DNA of 64,000 nucleotides, from assembly GCA_036380735.1 (NCBI GenBank), contig DASVEE010000015.1, positions 48,954 to 112,953 of the forward strand. The letters run 5' to 3'. Origin of the DNA: Thermoanaerobaculia bacterium (GTDB lineage Bacteria > Acidobacteriota > Thermoanaerobaculia > Gp7-AA8). Every line of letters begins with the position of its first letter. Position 1 is the first letter of the stretch. This document shows, piece after piece, positions 12,044 through 20,036 of this stretch. A program made the position numbers and the translations under genes. The notes beneath the pieces are model-generated. The model saw nothing but the letters and a program-made list of their open reading frames with translations. It was not told the origin of the DNA and did not search any database.

Positions 12044-12484
12044 TTACATCTTGTCTGCGAAGTCGCTGATGACAGGCACTTTCAAACGCTGGCCCGACGT
12101 TGCTTTCACGATGCAGACCACGATGAGAGCGATGTAGGCGAGCCACAGCACGCAGTTCAGCATGGAGAGGCCGCAGCCGACGCCGCTCGGCAGGAAGCGC
12201 ATGAGGACCGTGATGAGGATGTACACCACGATGTAGGCGACGAAGATGGCCAGGCCGTTCTTCGCGTGCCACTGGACTTCGCGGTCTTCCTTCTTCGTGA
12301 GCAGCGGAATCAGGGCGAGCAGCCCCAGGTAAGAGAGGACGAGCATGATCGTGCGATCGCTGCCCGCGCCGCCCGGTGGCGGGTTGTAGCCTCCGCCCGT
12401 TGGCGGTGGCGGCGGAGTGTAGGAGCCGCCTCCCGGAGGCGGAGGTGTAGCAGGGGGAATCGTGGGCGGAGGAATCTCGCTCAT
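12044..12484 (-). CDS. Proline-rich small membrane protein (DUF4870-like)
   Basis: Start at MSEIPPPTIPPATPPPPGGGSYTPPPPPTGGGYNPPPGG, followed by three TM helices; paralogous N-terminal motif to the neighbouring gene. Confidence 0.5.
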   Translation of the reverse strand: MSEIPPPTIPPATPPPPGGGSYTPPPPPTGGGYNPPPGGAGSDRTIMLVLSYLGLLALIPLLTKKEDREVQWHAKNGLAIFVAYIVVYILITVLMRFLPSGVGCGLSMLNCVLWLAYIALIVVCIVKATSGQRLKVPVISDFADKM

Positions 12485-12522
12485 TGCAGCTCCTTCGTTC
12501 TTTCCGAGTTTGGACGTGAATT

Positions 12523-14184
12523 CTAGCCGGATTCGCCGAGGCGAGTGAGACGGCGCTCGGCGAAACGAATAGGTATCACGGTCAGAGCGGCCGACAGCGT
12601 GAGCGCAGTCACCAGCGGCACCGCCGTCGCGATCCAACCGCTGTCGTCCTGCACGGAGAAGACGCGCCAGAAGAAATAGCGCATGATCGGCCGTGCCATC
12701 AGCACCATCATCGTCCCCACATAGCCCATCGAAAGCGCCATGTAGGCGAAGCCGCCGAGCGACAGGCCGACCTGCAGCGGGTTCTCGGCGTTGAACTGCG
12801 GCGACAGGGCGCCCATGCCGATGCCGAGGCTGACCAGCGTGAAGGAGAGCAGCGAAGCGCCGAACAGCGTGAACGCCCACACGGCCGGCCCGGCGCCGAG
12901 CATCGAGTTGGCCACCGCGGTGAGCACCAGCGCGAGCAGCGTCAACGGCGTGGCGTAGACGAGCGCCTTCACGCGCAGAAACTGCCGGTACGACACCGGC
13001 GCCGTCTGCAGCAGCCAGAACGCCTTCCCTTCGGACGAAACGGACGGATACGCGAAGCGGAGGCAGATCGCGGCCACGACGAAGCCGGCCATGCCGAGGT
13101 TGGCGTACGCGACGATCGTGGCGCGCGCGTCGCCGCCGAGCGGCAGCATGCGGATGTTGTAGAGGTAGATGAACATCAGCGCCGCCATGAGGAAGACCTG
13201 CGACCACTGCGCGACGTCGCGCCCCAGCGTGCGCACTTCCTTCCCGATCATGGCGCGCATCGGGAGATCGGCGCGCGCGAAGAGATGGTCGAGCAGCCAC
13301 GTGGCACGCGTGGCGCCGATCGCGACGGGCGCCATGCTTTCGCGCGCGCGGACGAAGGCCGTGAAGTAGATCGCGCGGCCGATGAGGGCGAAGGCGGTGA
13401 AGAGCAGCAGCGCCACGAGCCAGATCTTCGGCGGGAACAGCGTCGCTCCGCTCTGATCCGTCATCACCTGCGCCAGCGCGGTGCTCGGATAGACGCTCAT
13501 CGCCGGCAGCTCGATCTGCCGCAGCACGCGCACCACGTCATCGGTCCCCACCTCGGAGAAGAAGCGCTCCGGCCGCGCCATCCGGAACGCGACGACGGCG
13601 AACGTCAGGATGAGGATGGCGATCGTGGCCACGATCTGATGCACGCGGCGCACAGGAAACCAGCGCACGAGCACGAGGATCACGAGCGAAGCCAGCGAAA
13701 CGGGGATGGTGAGCAGCAGGAGGAGGTTCCCGACCGTGGTCGGATAGAACGTCCACGGCCGGTCGTACTGCCGCGCGTACGCGACGAAGATCGGCAGCAG
13801 GAAGGCGAAGACGATGGTCGCGCTCTGCGCGAGCGTCTTGAGCCAGCGCGCGAGCAGCACGCGCAGCCGCGAGCGTGGCGCCGCGTGGTAGAGGTCGAGA
13901 TCGAGATCCGCAAAGTACGACCCGATGGCGACCGTCATCGACGAGGAGAACAGCACGATCGTCGCGACGAGAAACACCATCGACAGCAGGTTGCGCAGGA
14001 TGCCGATGGCGAAGAACGGCGTGGTGGCCTCGATCTCCGCCGTGGCCCGGAACAGCCGCGCAAAGAGCACGAAGTCACCGATGAGAAAGCCGGCGAACAG
14101 CGCGCTCACAATGAGCGTCTTGAGCAGCATCGCCGCGTTGAACGGGCGGAGCTTGGCGAAGGTGAGGCGGAGGGACCACATCAA
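12523..14184 (-). CDS. Polytopic membrane protein, ABC-2-type exporter permease-like (about 12 TM), no adjacent ATPase
   Basis: 553 aa, two repeated six-TM halves; family assignment from hydropathy pattern only. Confidence 0.4.
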   Translation of the reverse strand: MMWSLRLTFAKLRPFNAAMLLKTLIVSALFAGFLIGDFVLFARLFRATAEIEATTPFFAIGILRNLLSMVFLVATIVLFSSSMTVAIGSYFADLDLDLYHAAPRSRLRVLLARWLKTLAQSATIVFAFLLPIFVAYARQYDRPWTFYPTTVGNLLLLLTIPVSLASLVILVLVRWFPVRRVHQIVATIAILILTFAVVAFRMARPERFFSEVGTDDVVRVLRQIELPAMSVYPSTALAQVMTDQSGATLFPPKIWLVALLLFTAFALIGRAIYFTAFVRARESMAPVAIGATRATWLLDHLFARADLPMRAMIGKEVRTLGRDVAQWSQVFLMAALMFIYLYNIRMLPLGGDARATIVAYANLGMAGFVVAAICLRFAYPSVSSEGKAFWLLQTAPVSYRQFLRVKALVYATPLTLLALVLTAVANSMLGAGPAVWAFTLFGASLLSFTLVSLGIGMGALSPQFNAENPLQVGLSLGGFAYMALSMGYVGTMMVLMARPIMRYFFWRVFSVQDDSGWIATAVPLVTALTLSAALTVIPIRFAERRLTRLGESG

Positions 14185-14213
14185 AGCGACCGTGGTGTGG
14201 TGAGGTGGGACAT

Positions 14214-14308
14214 GGTTTTCGGTTTTCGGTTTTTGGTTTCTGGTGCTGTGCTACGCGGTGAGTGTCGCGTGGCGCAGCACCGAAAACCAAAAACCGAAAA
14301 CCGAAAAC
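14214..14308. repeat. Tandem-repeat-armed hairpin element (GGTTTTC heptamer arms), core GCTGTGCTACGCGG...CGCGTGGCGCAGCAC
   Basis: ggttttcggttttcggtttttggtttctggtg ... caccgaaaaccaaaaaccgaaaaccgaaaac. Confidence 0.85.
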
Positions 14309-14311
14309 GCC

Positions 14312-15388
14312 TCACACGATCCCCTTCACTTCCTCAAACCACTGCATCATCGATTGCGTCCGCGCCGCGCGCTGTTTCGCGCGTTCCAGGCCCAGCTCGA
14401 GAAGGCGCTCGATGAGGCGGGGGTACTTCATCTCCGTGGCTTCCCACAGCTTGGGGTACATGGAGATGTTGGTGAAGCCCGGGATGGTGTTGATCTCGTT
14501 GATGAAGAGGCGGTTGGTGCCGCGCTCGAGGAAAAAGTCGACGCGGGCGAAGCCGGAGGCGCCGATCGCTTTGAATGCGGTGACGGCGTGGCGGCGGAAC
14601 TCCTCGACCTTCTCCTTCGGCAGCTTCGCCGGGATGAGGAGCTGCGATTTGTTCTCGACGTACTTGTCCATGTAGTCGTAGAACTCGGCGCCGGCGACGA
14701 TCTCGCCCGGGACGGACGCTTCGGGCTTGTCGGTGCCGAGGACGGAGACTTCAATCTCCCGGGCATCGAGGCCGCGCTCGACGAGGACCTTTTCGTCGAA
14801 GCGCAGCGCGTGCTCGATGGCTTTCCCCAGCTCCCCTTCGCCCTTCACTTTCGTCACGCCGACGGAGGAGCCGCTGTTCGCCGGCTTGACGAAGTACGGC
14901 AGGCGCAGCGCGTTGTTGATGGCGCGCGTGACACGTTCGCGCTCGCTCGTCCATTCGCGCTCGTGGACGGCGATGTGGTCGACCATCGGCAGCTTCGCGG
15001 CGGCGAACGCCTGCTTCATGTGCGCCTTGTCCATGCCGATGGCGGAGGAGGTGACGCTGCTGCCGAGATAGGGGAGCCCGAGGATCTCGAGGTAGCCCTG
15101 GAGCGAGCCGTCTTCGCCGCCGCCGCCGTGCACCAGCGGGAAGACGAGGTCGACCTCGACGCCGCGTACCCACTGCTCGAAGAAGAAGCCGGTATCGCCC
15201 TGCTCGCTCTTCTCTTCGCCGGCGAGGATGCGCGCGCTGCGCTCCGGCGCGATGAAGCGGCCGTCTTTCCCGATGCAGATTGGCGTCAGCTCGATGCGCG
15301 GCGGTGCGGCGCCCGCGACCGAGCGCGCGGAGAGGATGGAGACTTCATGCTCGGGGCTGCGGCCGCCGAAGAGGAGGATGACTTTCAT
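14312..15388 (-). CDS. ddl: D-alanine--D-alanine ligase
   Basis: MKVILLFGGRSPEHEVSILSARSV... and ATP-grasp motifs (FVKPANSGSSVGV). Confidence 0.9.
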   Translation of the reverse strand: MKVILLFGGRSPEHEVSILSARSVAGAAPPRIELTPICIGKDGRFIAPERSARILAGEEKSEQGDTGFFFEQWVRGVEVDLVFPLVHGGGGEDGSLQGYLEILGLPYLGSSVTSSAIGMDKAHMKQAFAAAKLPMVDHIAVHEREWTSERERVTRAINNALRLPYFVKPANSGSSVGVTKVKGEGELGKAIEHALRFDEKVLVERGLDAREIEVSVLGTDKPEASVPGEIVAGAEFYDYMDKYVENKSQLLIPAKLPKEKVEEFRRHAVTAFKAIGASGFARVDFFLERGTNRLFINEINTIPGFTNISMYPKLWEATEMKYPRLIERLLELGLERAKQRAARTQSMMQWFEEVKGIV

Positions 15389-15393
15389 TTGGC

Positions 15394-15473
15394 GTCGTTG
15401 TCCGTTGTCCGTTGTCCGTTTTCCGTGGCGCCCGGTGAAACCACGGACAACGGAAAACGGACAACGGACAACG
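15394..15473. repeat. Tandem-repeat-armed hairpin element (GTCCGTT heptamer arms)
   Basis: gtcgttgtccgttgtccgttgtccgttttccgtgg-cgcccggtgaaa-ccacggacaacggaaaacggacaacggacaacg. Confidence 0.85.
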
Positions 15474-15479
15474 CGTCAG

Positions 15480-17018
15480 TTACGGTGTCGGGATCGATCC
15501 CAGCAGGTACTTCAGGTCTTCATCGCGCCAGCGGATGCCGCCGCCGAAGGTGAAGGCGGTGTCGTTGAGGGCGTTGTCGACACCCGAGGTCACGAAGAGG
15601 CGCGGGGAGTTGGGCTTCTCGCGCCGGAACGTGTACTCGGCGAAGGTACGGATGTGGGGGTTGTCGTCGCGCTGCTGCCCGAAGTCGAACGCCTCGGCCG
15701 TCACGCGCAGACGGTCGTTGACGTTGTAGTCGGCGCCGACGCCGCCGGTGGAGTCGAAGAGGCCGATGCGCAGCGCGAGGTCGTCGAACACCCAGCCCGC
15801 CTGCGCGGAGAGGAGGAAGTCGCGCTCGTAGCGGCTCTGCTCCGTCACGATCGTCTCGGACTGGCCCGTGTCCGGATTCGTGCGCGTCTCGACGATGGTC
15901 TTGTCGCGCCGCTTGCCGCGCGGATCGTCGACCAGCTCGATGTTGTAGAAGCGGTTGAGGTCGGGGTTCGGCTGCACGCGCGCCATGACCGCGGTGCGCG
16001 AGCTCCCTTCGAAGCCGGTCTCGACGCCGGTCAGCGGATCGGTCGCGCTGTTCTGGCCGATGTAGTAGTCGCCGCGGATGCCGAGGTCGAGGCGGAGGCG
16101 GCCGATGCGTCCGAGCGTGTTGCGCAGCTCGTTCACGCCGCTTTCGACGGAGCCGAGGGCCGCGGTGAGGCGGTCGTGCGCTTCGTCGCTGTAAATCAGC
16201 TTGCCCACGGTGCCCTGGCCGGTCTGCACCTGGCCGGTGATGGCGTTCAGGTTGTCGGCGGTGGTGCGCAGGTCGGTCGAGAGACCTTTGATGTTCTGCA
16301 CGACGGCGCGGACGTCTTCGCGGTTCTCGCCGACGGTGCCGGCGATCTGATTCGCCACGCGGTCGAGCGAGTCGGCGAGGCGGGGGATCTCGACGCGGAG
16401 CTGCGCCGTGATCTCGCGGGCGTTGCCGAGCGTGGCGTCGACGTTCTCGCGGTTCGCGGAGATGAGGAGGCGCACCTGCATCGTGATGTCGCGGACGTTC
16501 TCGACGATGTCGGTGAGGCGCTGCTCGTTGCCCGGTCCGGCGAGGACCTGGCGCAGCGAGGCGGTGATGGCTTTGACGTCGGTGGCGATGTCGGAGACCT
16601 GCGTCGTGACGTCGTCGATCGAGGCGGGCTGCGTGCCGGAGAGCGTGACGACGTCCGTCTGGATGACCGGCGCTTCAGGGCTGCCGGGATCGAGCTCGAT
16701 GTACTTCTCGCCGAGGAGGCCGAGGTTGGCGACGCGCGCGGAGGCGTTGGCGCGGAGGGGGACGTCGTTGTCGACTTGCAGCGTCACTTCCGCGCGGCCG
16801 TCGGGACGCACCTTGATCGAGCGCACGGTGCCTTTGCGGACGCCGGCGATGCGCACGGCCGACTTTTCATCGAGACCGGCGACGTTGTCGAACAGCACTT
16901 TCACTTCACGGGTGCCGGCCCCTCGTCCGAGGTCGATGTCCTCGATCTTGAGGACGAAGAACCCCAGGACCCCGAGGGCGATGAGCATGACGAGGCCGAC
17001 TTTGGCAGCAGAAGACAT
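15480..17018 (-). CDS. MCE/MlaD-family protein with long C-terminal extension
   Basis: N-terminal TM followed by an MlaD/Mce domain (VKVLFDNVAGLDEKSAVRIAGVRKGTV), then coiled-coil-like repeats. Confidence 0.75.
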   Translation of the reverse strand: MSSAAKVGLVMLIALGVLGFFVLKIEDIDLGRGAGTREVKVLFDNVAGLDEKSAVRIAGVRKGTVRSIKVRPDGRAEVTLQVDNDVPLRANASARVANLGLLGEKYIELDPGSPEAPVIQTDVVTLSGTQPASIDDVTTQVSDIATDVKAITASLRQVLAGPGNEQRLTDIVENVRDITMQVRLLISANRENVDATLGNAREITAQLRVEIPRLADSLDRVANQIAGTVGENREDVRAVVQNIKGLSTDLRTTADNLNAITGQVQTGQGTVGKLIYSDEAHDRLTAALGSVESGVNELRNTLGRIGRLRLDLGIRGDYYIGQNSATDPLTGVETGFEGSSRTAVMARVQPNPDLNRFYNIELVDDPRGKRRDKTIVETRTNPDTGQSETIVTEQSRYERDFLLSAQAGWVFDDLALRIGLFDSTGGVGADYNVNDRLRVTAEAFDFGQQRDDNPHIRTFAEYTFRREKPNSPRLFVTSGVDNALNDTAFTFGGGIRWRDEDLKYLLGSIPTP

Positions 17019-17021
17019 GGT

Positions 17022-17651
17022 TCAGAGCTCCGGCCGCGCATTGTAAAGCGGATTGCCGGACGGATCGCCGGGGCGATTGCTGAGCGGATCGATGCCTGCG
17101 CGGCGCAGCATCTGGAAAAGCGTCGCCAGCGGGAGCCCCACCACGTTCGTGTAGCTGCCGTGGATGGACTCGATGAACATGGCGCCGATGCCCTGCACGG
17201 CGTAGGCGCCGGCCTTATCCATCGGCTCGCCGGTGCTCACGTACCAGGCGATTTCGTCGTCGGAGAGCGGCAGCATGCGCACTTCCGACTCGGCCACGCG
17301 CGTCTCGTGGTGCTTCCGCTCGAGGTTCACCAGCGTCACGCCCGTGTAAACAATGTGGGTCTGGCCGGCGATGGTCTTCAGCATGCGCCGCGCGTCGGCT
17401 TCGTCGACAGGCTTTTCGAGGAGCTGCTCGCCGAGGAGGACGGTGGTGTCGGCGGCGATGACCCAGCGCGAGGGATGCTCCTGCGCCAGCGCCGCCGCTT
17501 TGTCGCGCGAGAGCCGCGCGACGTACTCCTCCGGTGCTTCTCCGTCCGCGCGCACTTCGGGGACGTGCGACGGCAGGACGTCGAAGTCGAGACCGATGGA
17601 CGCGAGCAGCTCGCGCCGCCGCGGCGAAGCGGAAGCCAGGATGAATTTCAC
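17022..17651 (-). CDS. maf: Maf-like nucleoside triphosphate pyrophosphatase
   Basis: KFILASASPRRRELL...; GTG start inferred; its start overlaps the stop of the upstream toxin gene. Confidence 0.8.
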   Translation of the reverse strand: MKFILASASPRRRELLASIGLDFDVLPSHVPEVRADGEAPEEYVARLSRDKAAALAQEHPSRWVIAADTTVLLGEQLLEKPVDEADARRMLKTIAGQTHIVYTGVTLVNLERKHHETRVAESEVRMLPLSDDEIAWYVSTGEPMDKAGAYAVQGIGAMFIESIHGSYTNVVGLPLATLFQMLRRAGIDPLSNRPGDPSGNPLYNARPEL

Positions 17652-17908
17652 CGGAGCGGTCTCTCCTCGATGCGCACGATGGCCAGGATCAGCACATACC
17701 GCGCCTCCGCCACGATCCGGTAGAGGATGCGCAGCCCGCCGATGCGATGGCTCCACAGGCCGCGCAACGGCTCGAAGAGGGGCGTGCCGACGATGGGGTC
17801 CTCGTCGATGATCTCCAGCGTCTTCATGACCAGGGCGCGCTCGTCGGAGTTGAGCGCTGCCCAGTCGTCGGCCACGGATTGGGCCAGGCGGAGGCGGTTA
17901 TGCCACAC
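17648..17908 (-). CDS. RelE/ParE-family type II toxin
   Basis: ...LEIIDEDPIVGTPLFEPLRGLWSHRIGGLRILYRIVAEARYVLILAIVRIEER; start trimmed to the GTG downstream of the repeat hairpin; the longer ORF-track N-terminus is repeat-encoded (TDNGPRTTDN). Confidence 0.65.
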   Translation of the reverse strand: MWHNRLRLAQSVADDWAALNSDERALVMKTLEIIDEDPIVGTPLFEPLRGLWSHRIGGLRILYRIVAEARYVLILAIVRIEERPLR

Positions 17909-17920
17909 ACGCCACCTCGG

Positions 17921-18013
17921 CCGGTTGTCCGTTGTCCGTGGTCCGTTGTCCGTGCTGGCGCTGCACGGACGCATAGCGCAGCACGGAAAACGGAAAACGG
18001 ACAACGGACAACG
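17921..18013. repeat. Tandem-repeat-armed hairpin element (GTCCGTT heptamer arms) between antitoxin and toxin genes
   Basis: ccggttgtccgttgtccgtggtccgttgtccgtgctg-gcgctgcacggacgcatagcgcag-cacggaaaacggaaaacggacaacggacaacg. Confidence 0.85.
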
Positions 18014-18019
18014 CGTCCC

Positions 18020-18277
18020 TCACCCCAGATCCTCCACTTCCAGCACCGCCCCCGCGCGCACCTCTTCTTCCGCGCGGTTCAATCTGGCCGTGACGTTCGC
18101 GTCGTTGGCCAGCTCGATCGTTTCGCGGAGGGCAAAGTATTCGTCGTAGGAGACGAGCATCACGACCGGGCGGCCGTGGCGCTCGAAGATGGTGCGTTTG
18201 CCCGTGAGCTCGCACTCGAGCACGAGCTCGCGAGCGTCGGGCGGAAGGTCGAGGATCTCGGTGCGGCGCTCGCGCAT
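18020..18277 (-). CDS. Phd/YefM-family antitoxin
   Basis: ...FERHGRPVVMLVSYDEYFALRETIELANDANVTARL..., matching the Phd/YefM signature; lies upstream of the RelE-like gene. Confidence 0.65.
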   Translation of the reverse strand: MRERRTEILDLPPDARELVLECELTGKRTIFERHGRPVVMLVSYDEYFALRETIELANDANVTARLNRAEEEVRAGAVLEVEDLG

Positions 18278-18283
18278 GGCGGC

Positions 18284-19207
18284 TTACGGTTTGGTGGCGA
18301 CCTTGCGCGGTCCGCGATGCGAGGCGCGTGGATGCTCGTCGCGGTTGGCCACGAGGTCCTCGATGAACGCGTCGAACTCCTCGCCGAGCTGCTCGTGGCG
18401 CAGCGCGTAGTCGACCGTCGCCTTGAGGTAGCCGAGCTTCTCGCCGGCGTCGTAGCGGCGTCCTTCGAAGACGTAGCCGTAGAAGTCGCCGGTGCGCACC
18501 AGCTCGCGCAGGGCGTCGGTGAGCTGGATCTCGCCGCCGGCGCCGCGCTCGGTCTTCTCAATGAGGGGGAAGACGTCGGGCGGCAGGATGTAGCGGCCGA
18601 TGATGGCGTAGCGCGAGGGGGGATTGACCTTCGGTTTCTCGACCATGTCGCGCACGCGGAAGCGGCGCTCGCCGACCATCTCGCCGGCGACGATGCCGTA
18701 GCGCGAGGTCTGATCGGCGCTCACTTCCATGAGCGCGATCACAGGTCGTCCGGTCTCCTCGAACACGCGGCGCATCTGCAGGAGGCACGGATCGTCGGCG
18801 AGGATCACGTCGTCCGGCAGCACGACGGCGAATGGCTCGTTGCCGACGGCGTCGCGGGCGGTGAGCACGGCGTGCCCGAGCCCGAGGGCTTCCTTCTGGC
18901 GGACCGCGATGAGGTCGGCCATGCGGCTGACTTCCTCCACCTCGGCCAGGAGGTCATCCTTGCCGCGATGGCGCAGCGAGCGCTCCAGCTCCGAGGTGCG
19001 GTCGAAGTGATCGAGGATCGTCTCTTTGCCCTTGGAGGTGACGATGATCAACTTGTCGAGCCCCGACCCGAGCGCCTCCTCGATCCCGTACTGCAGGATC
19101 GGCTTGTCGACGAGCGGCAGCATCTCTTTCGGAATGACCTTGGTGGCCGGAAAGAAGCGGGTGCCGAAGCCGGCGCAGGGAAAGACGCACGTGCGTAGCT
19201 GAGACAT
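18284..19207 (-). CDS. galU: UTP--glucose-1-phosphate uridylyltransferase
   Basis: VFPCAGFGTRFFPATKVIPKEMLPLVDKPILQY nucleotidyltransferase motif. Confidence 0.9.
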   Translation of the reverse strand: MSQLRTCVFPCAGFGTRFFPATKVIPKEMLPLVDKPILQYGIEEALGSGLDKLIIVTSKGKETILDHFDRTSELERSLRHRGKDDLLAEVEEVSRMADLIAVRQKEALGLGHAVLTARDAVGNEPFAVVLPDDVILADDPCLLQMRRVFEETGRPVIALMEVSADQTSRYGIVAGEMVGERRFRVRDMVEKPKVNPPSRYAIIGRYILPPDVFPLIEKTERGAGGEIQLTDALRELVRTGDFYGYVFEGRRYDAGEKLGYLKATVDYALRHEQLGEEFDAFIEDLVANRDEHPRASHRGPRKVATKP

Positions 19208-19223
19208 GAGGCGGTTGTATCAC

Positions 19224-19330
19224 AAAGGACGGAAGGGACCGATGGACCGATCGGACAGACCGCGCAAGTCCGGGTGGGCGGGGTCCCATCCGTCCTATCG
19301 GTCATATACGTCCCATTCGTTCCATCGTCC
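19224..19330. repeat. Tandem-repeat-armed hairpin element (GGACCGAT / GTCCTAT-type arms)
   Basis: aaaggacggaagggaccgatggaccgatcggacag ... gggtcccatccgtcctatcggtcatatacgtcccattcgttccatcgtcc. Confidence 0.7.
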
Positions 19331-19348
19331 GCCCCATTCCCATGCAAA

Positions 19349-20005
19349 ATGCGGCCACGCATGGAACTCCTCCTCTGGCGCTGGAGCACCACAGCGCAGA
19401 TTGCGTCCGCGTTCATGATCGCGGTCTTCTTCGTGGTGCTCAGCCGCCCGGTGCGGCGCGTGGAGCTGCGCCCGTGGGTCGCCGCGTGGCTGGCGATGAC
19501 GCGCTCGAACCGGGACCTGCTCGACGCGCAGGAAGTGCTGCAGGACCTGGTCGACCTCGATCCGCTGACGGGACTGGCCAACCGGCGCGCGCTGCCGGCG
19601 GTGTTCCGCGAGTCGTCCGAGAGCGGCGCGACGATCCTCTTCTTCGACCTCAACGACTTCAAGCGCATCAACGACGCGCACGGCCACGCCGCGGGCGACG
19701 ATTGCCTGAAGCGCTTCGCGCGCGCCCTGCAGTCGTCCTTCCGGCCCGACGATCACCTGATCCGCTACGCCGGCGACGAGTTCGTCGTCGTGGCCCCGGG
19801 AGTCGCGCCGCCCGACCTCGGCCGCCGCATCGACGCGCTACGCGAGCGGCTGAAGTTCGACCGCAACGAAGGACCGGAGATCCGCTTCTCCGTCGGCACC
19901 TCGCATCTGCCGGTGCACGGCGACGCGCAGGCTGCCCTGCGCGCCGCCGATGACGCGATGTACGTGGAGAAGTCGCGGAAGAATCAGCGCGCGGAGCTCG
20001 GCTAG
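19349..20005 (+). CDS. GGDEF-domain protein with degenerate A-site (RYAGDEF) and a single N-terminal TM
   Basis: DPLTGLANRRAL...FFDLNDFKRINDAHGHAAGDDCL...LIRYAGDEFVVV; start set after the GTCCTAT repeat array. Confidence 0.75.
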   Translation: MRPRMELLLWRWSTTAQIASAFMIAVFFVVLSRPVRRVELRPWVAAWLAMTRSNRDLLDAQEVLQDLVDLDPLTGLANRRALPAVFRESSESGATILFFDLNDFKRINDAHGHAAGDDCLKRFARALQSSFRPDDHLIRYAGDEFVVVAPGVAPPDLGRRIDALRERLKFDRNEGPEIRFSVGTSHLPVHGDAQAALRAADDAMYVEKSRKNQRAELG

Positions 20006-20036
20006 CTCACCGCGCGCGCCGGTCATTTCGCCGCAA

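Noticed and set aside
12523-14184. The orphan permease as part of a novel transporter or defence system with the neighbouring zinc-ribbon genes.
   Set aside because: There is no ATPase and no other partner, and the orientation and spacing relative to the zinc-ribbon cluster do not indicate an operon. I kept it as an ordinary, poorly characterised permease.
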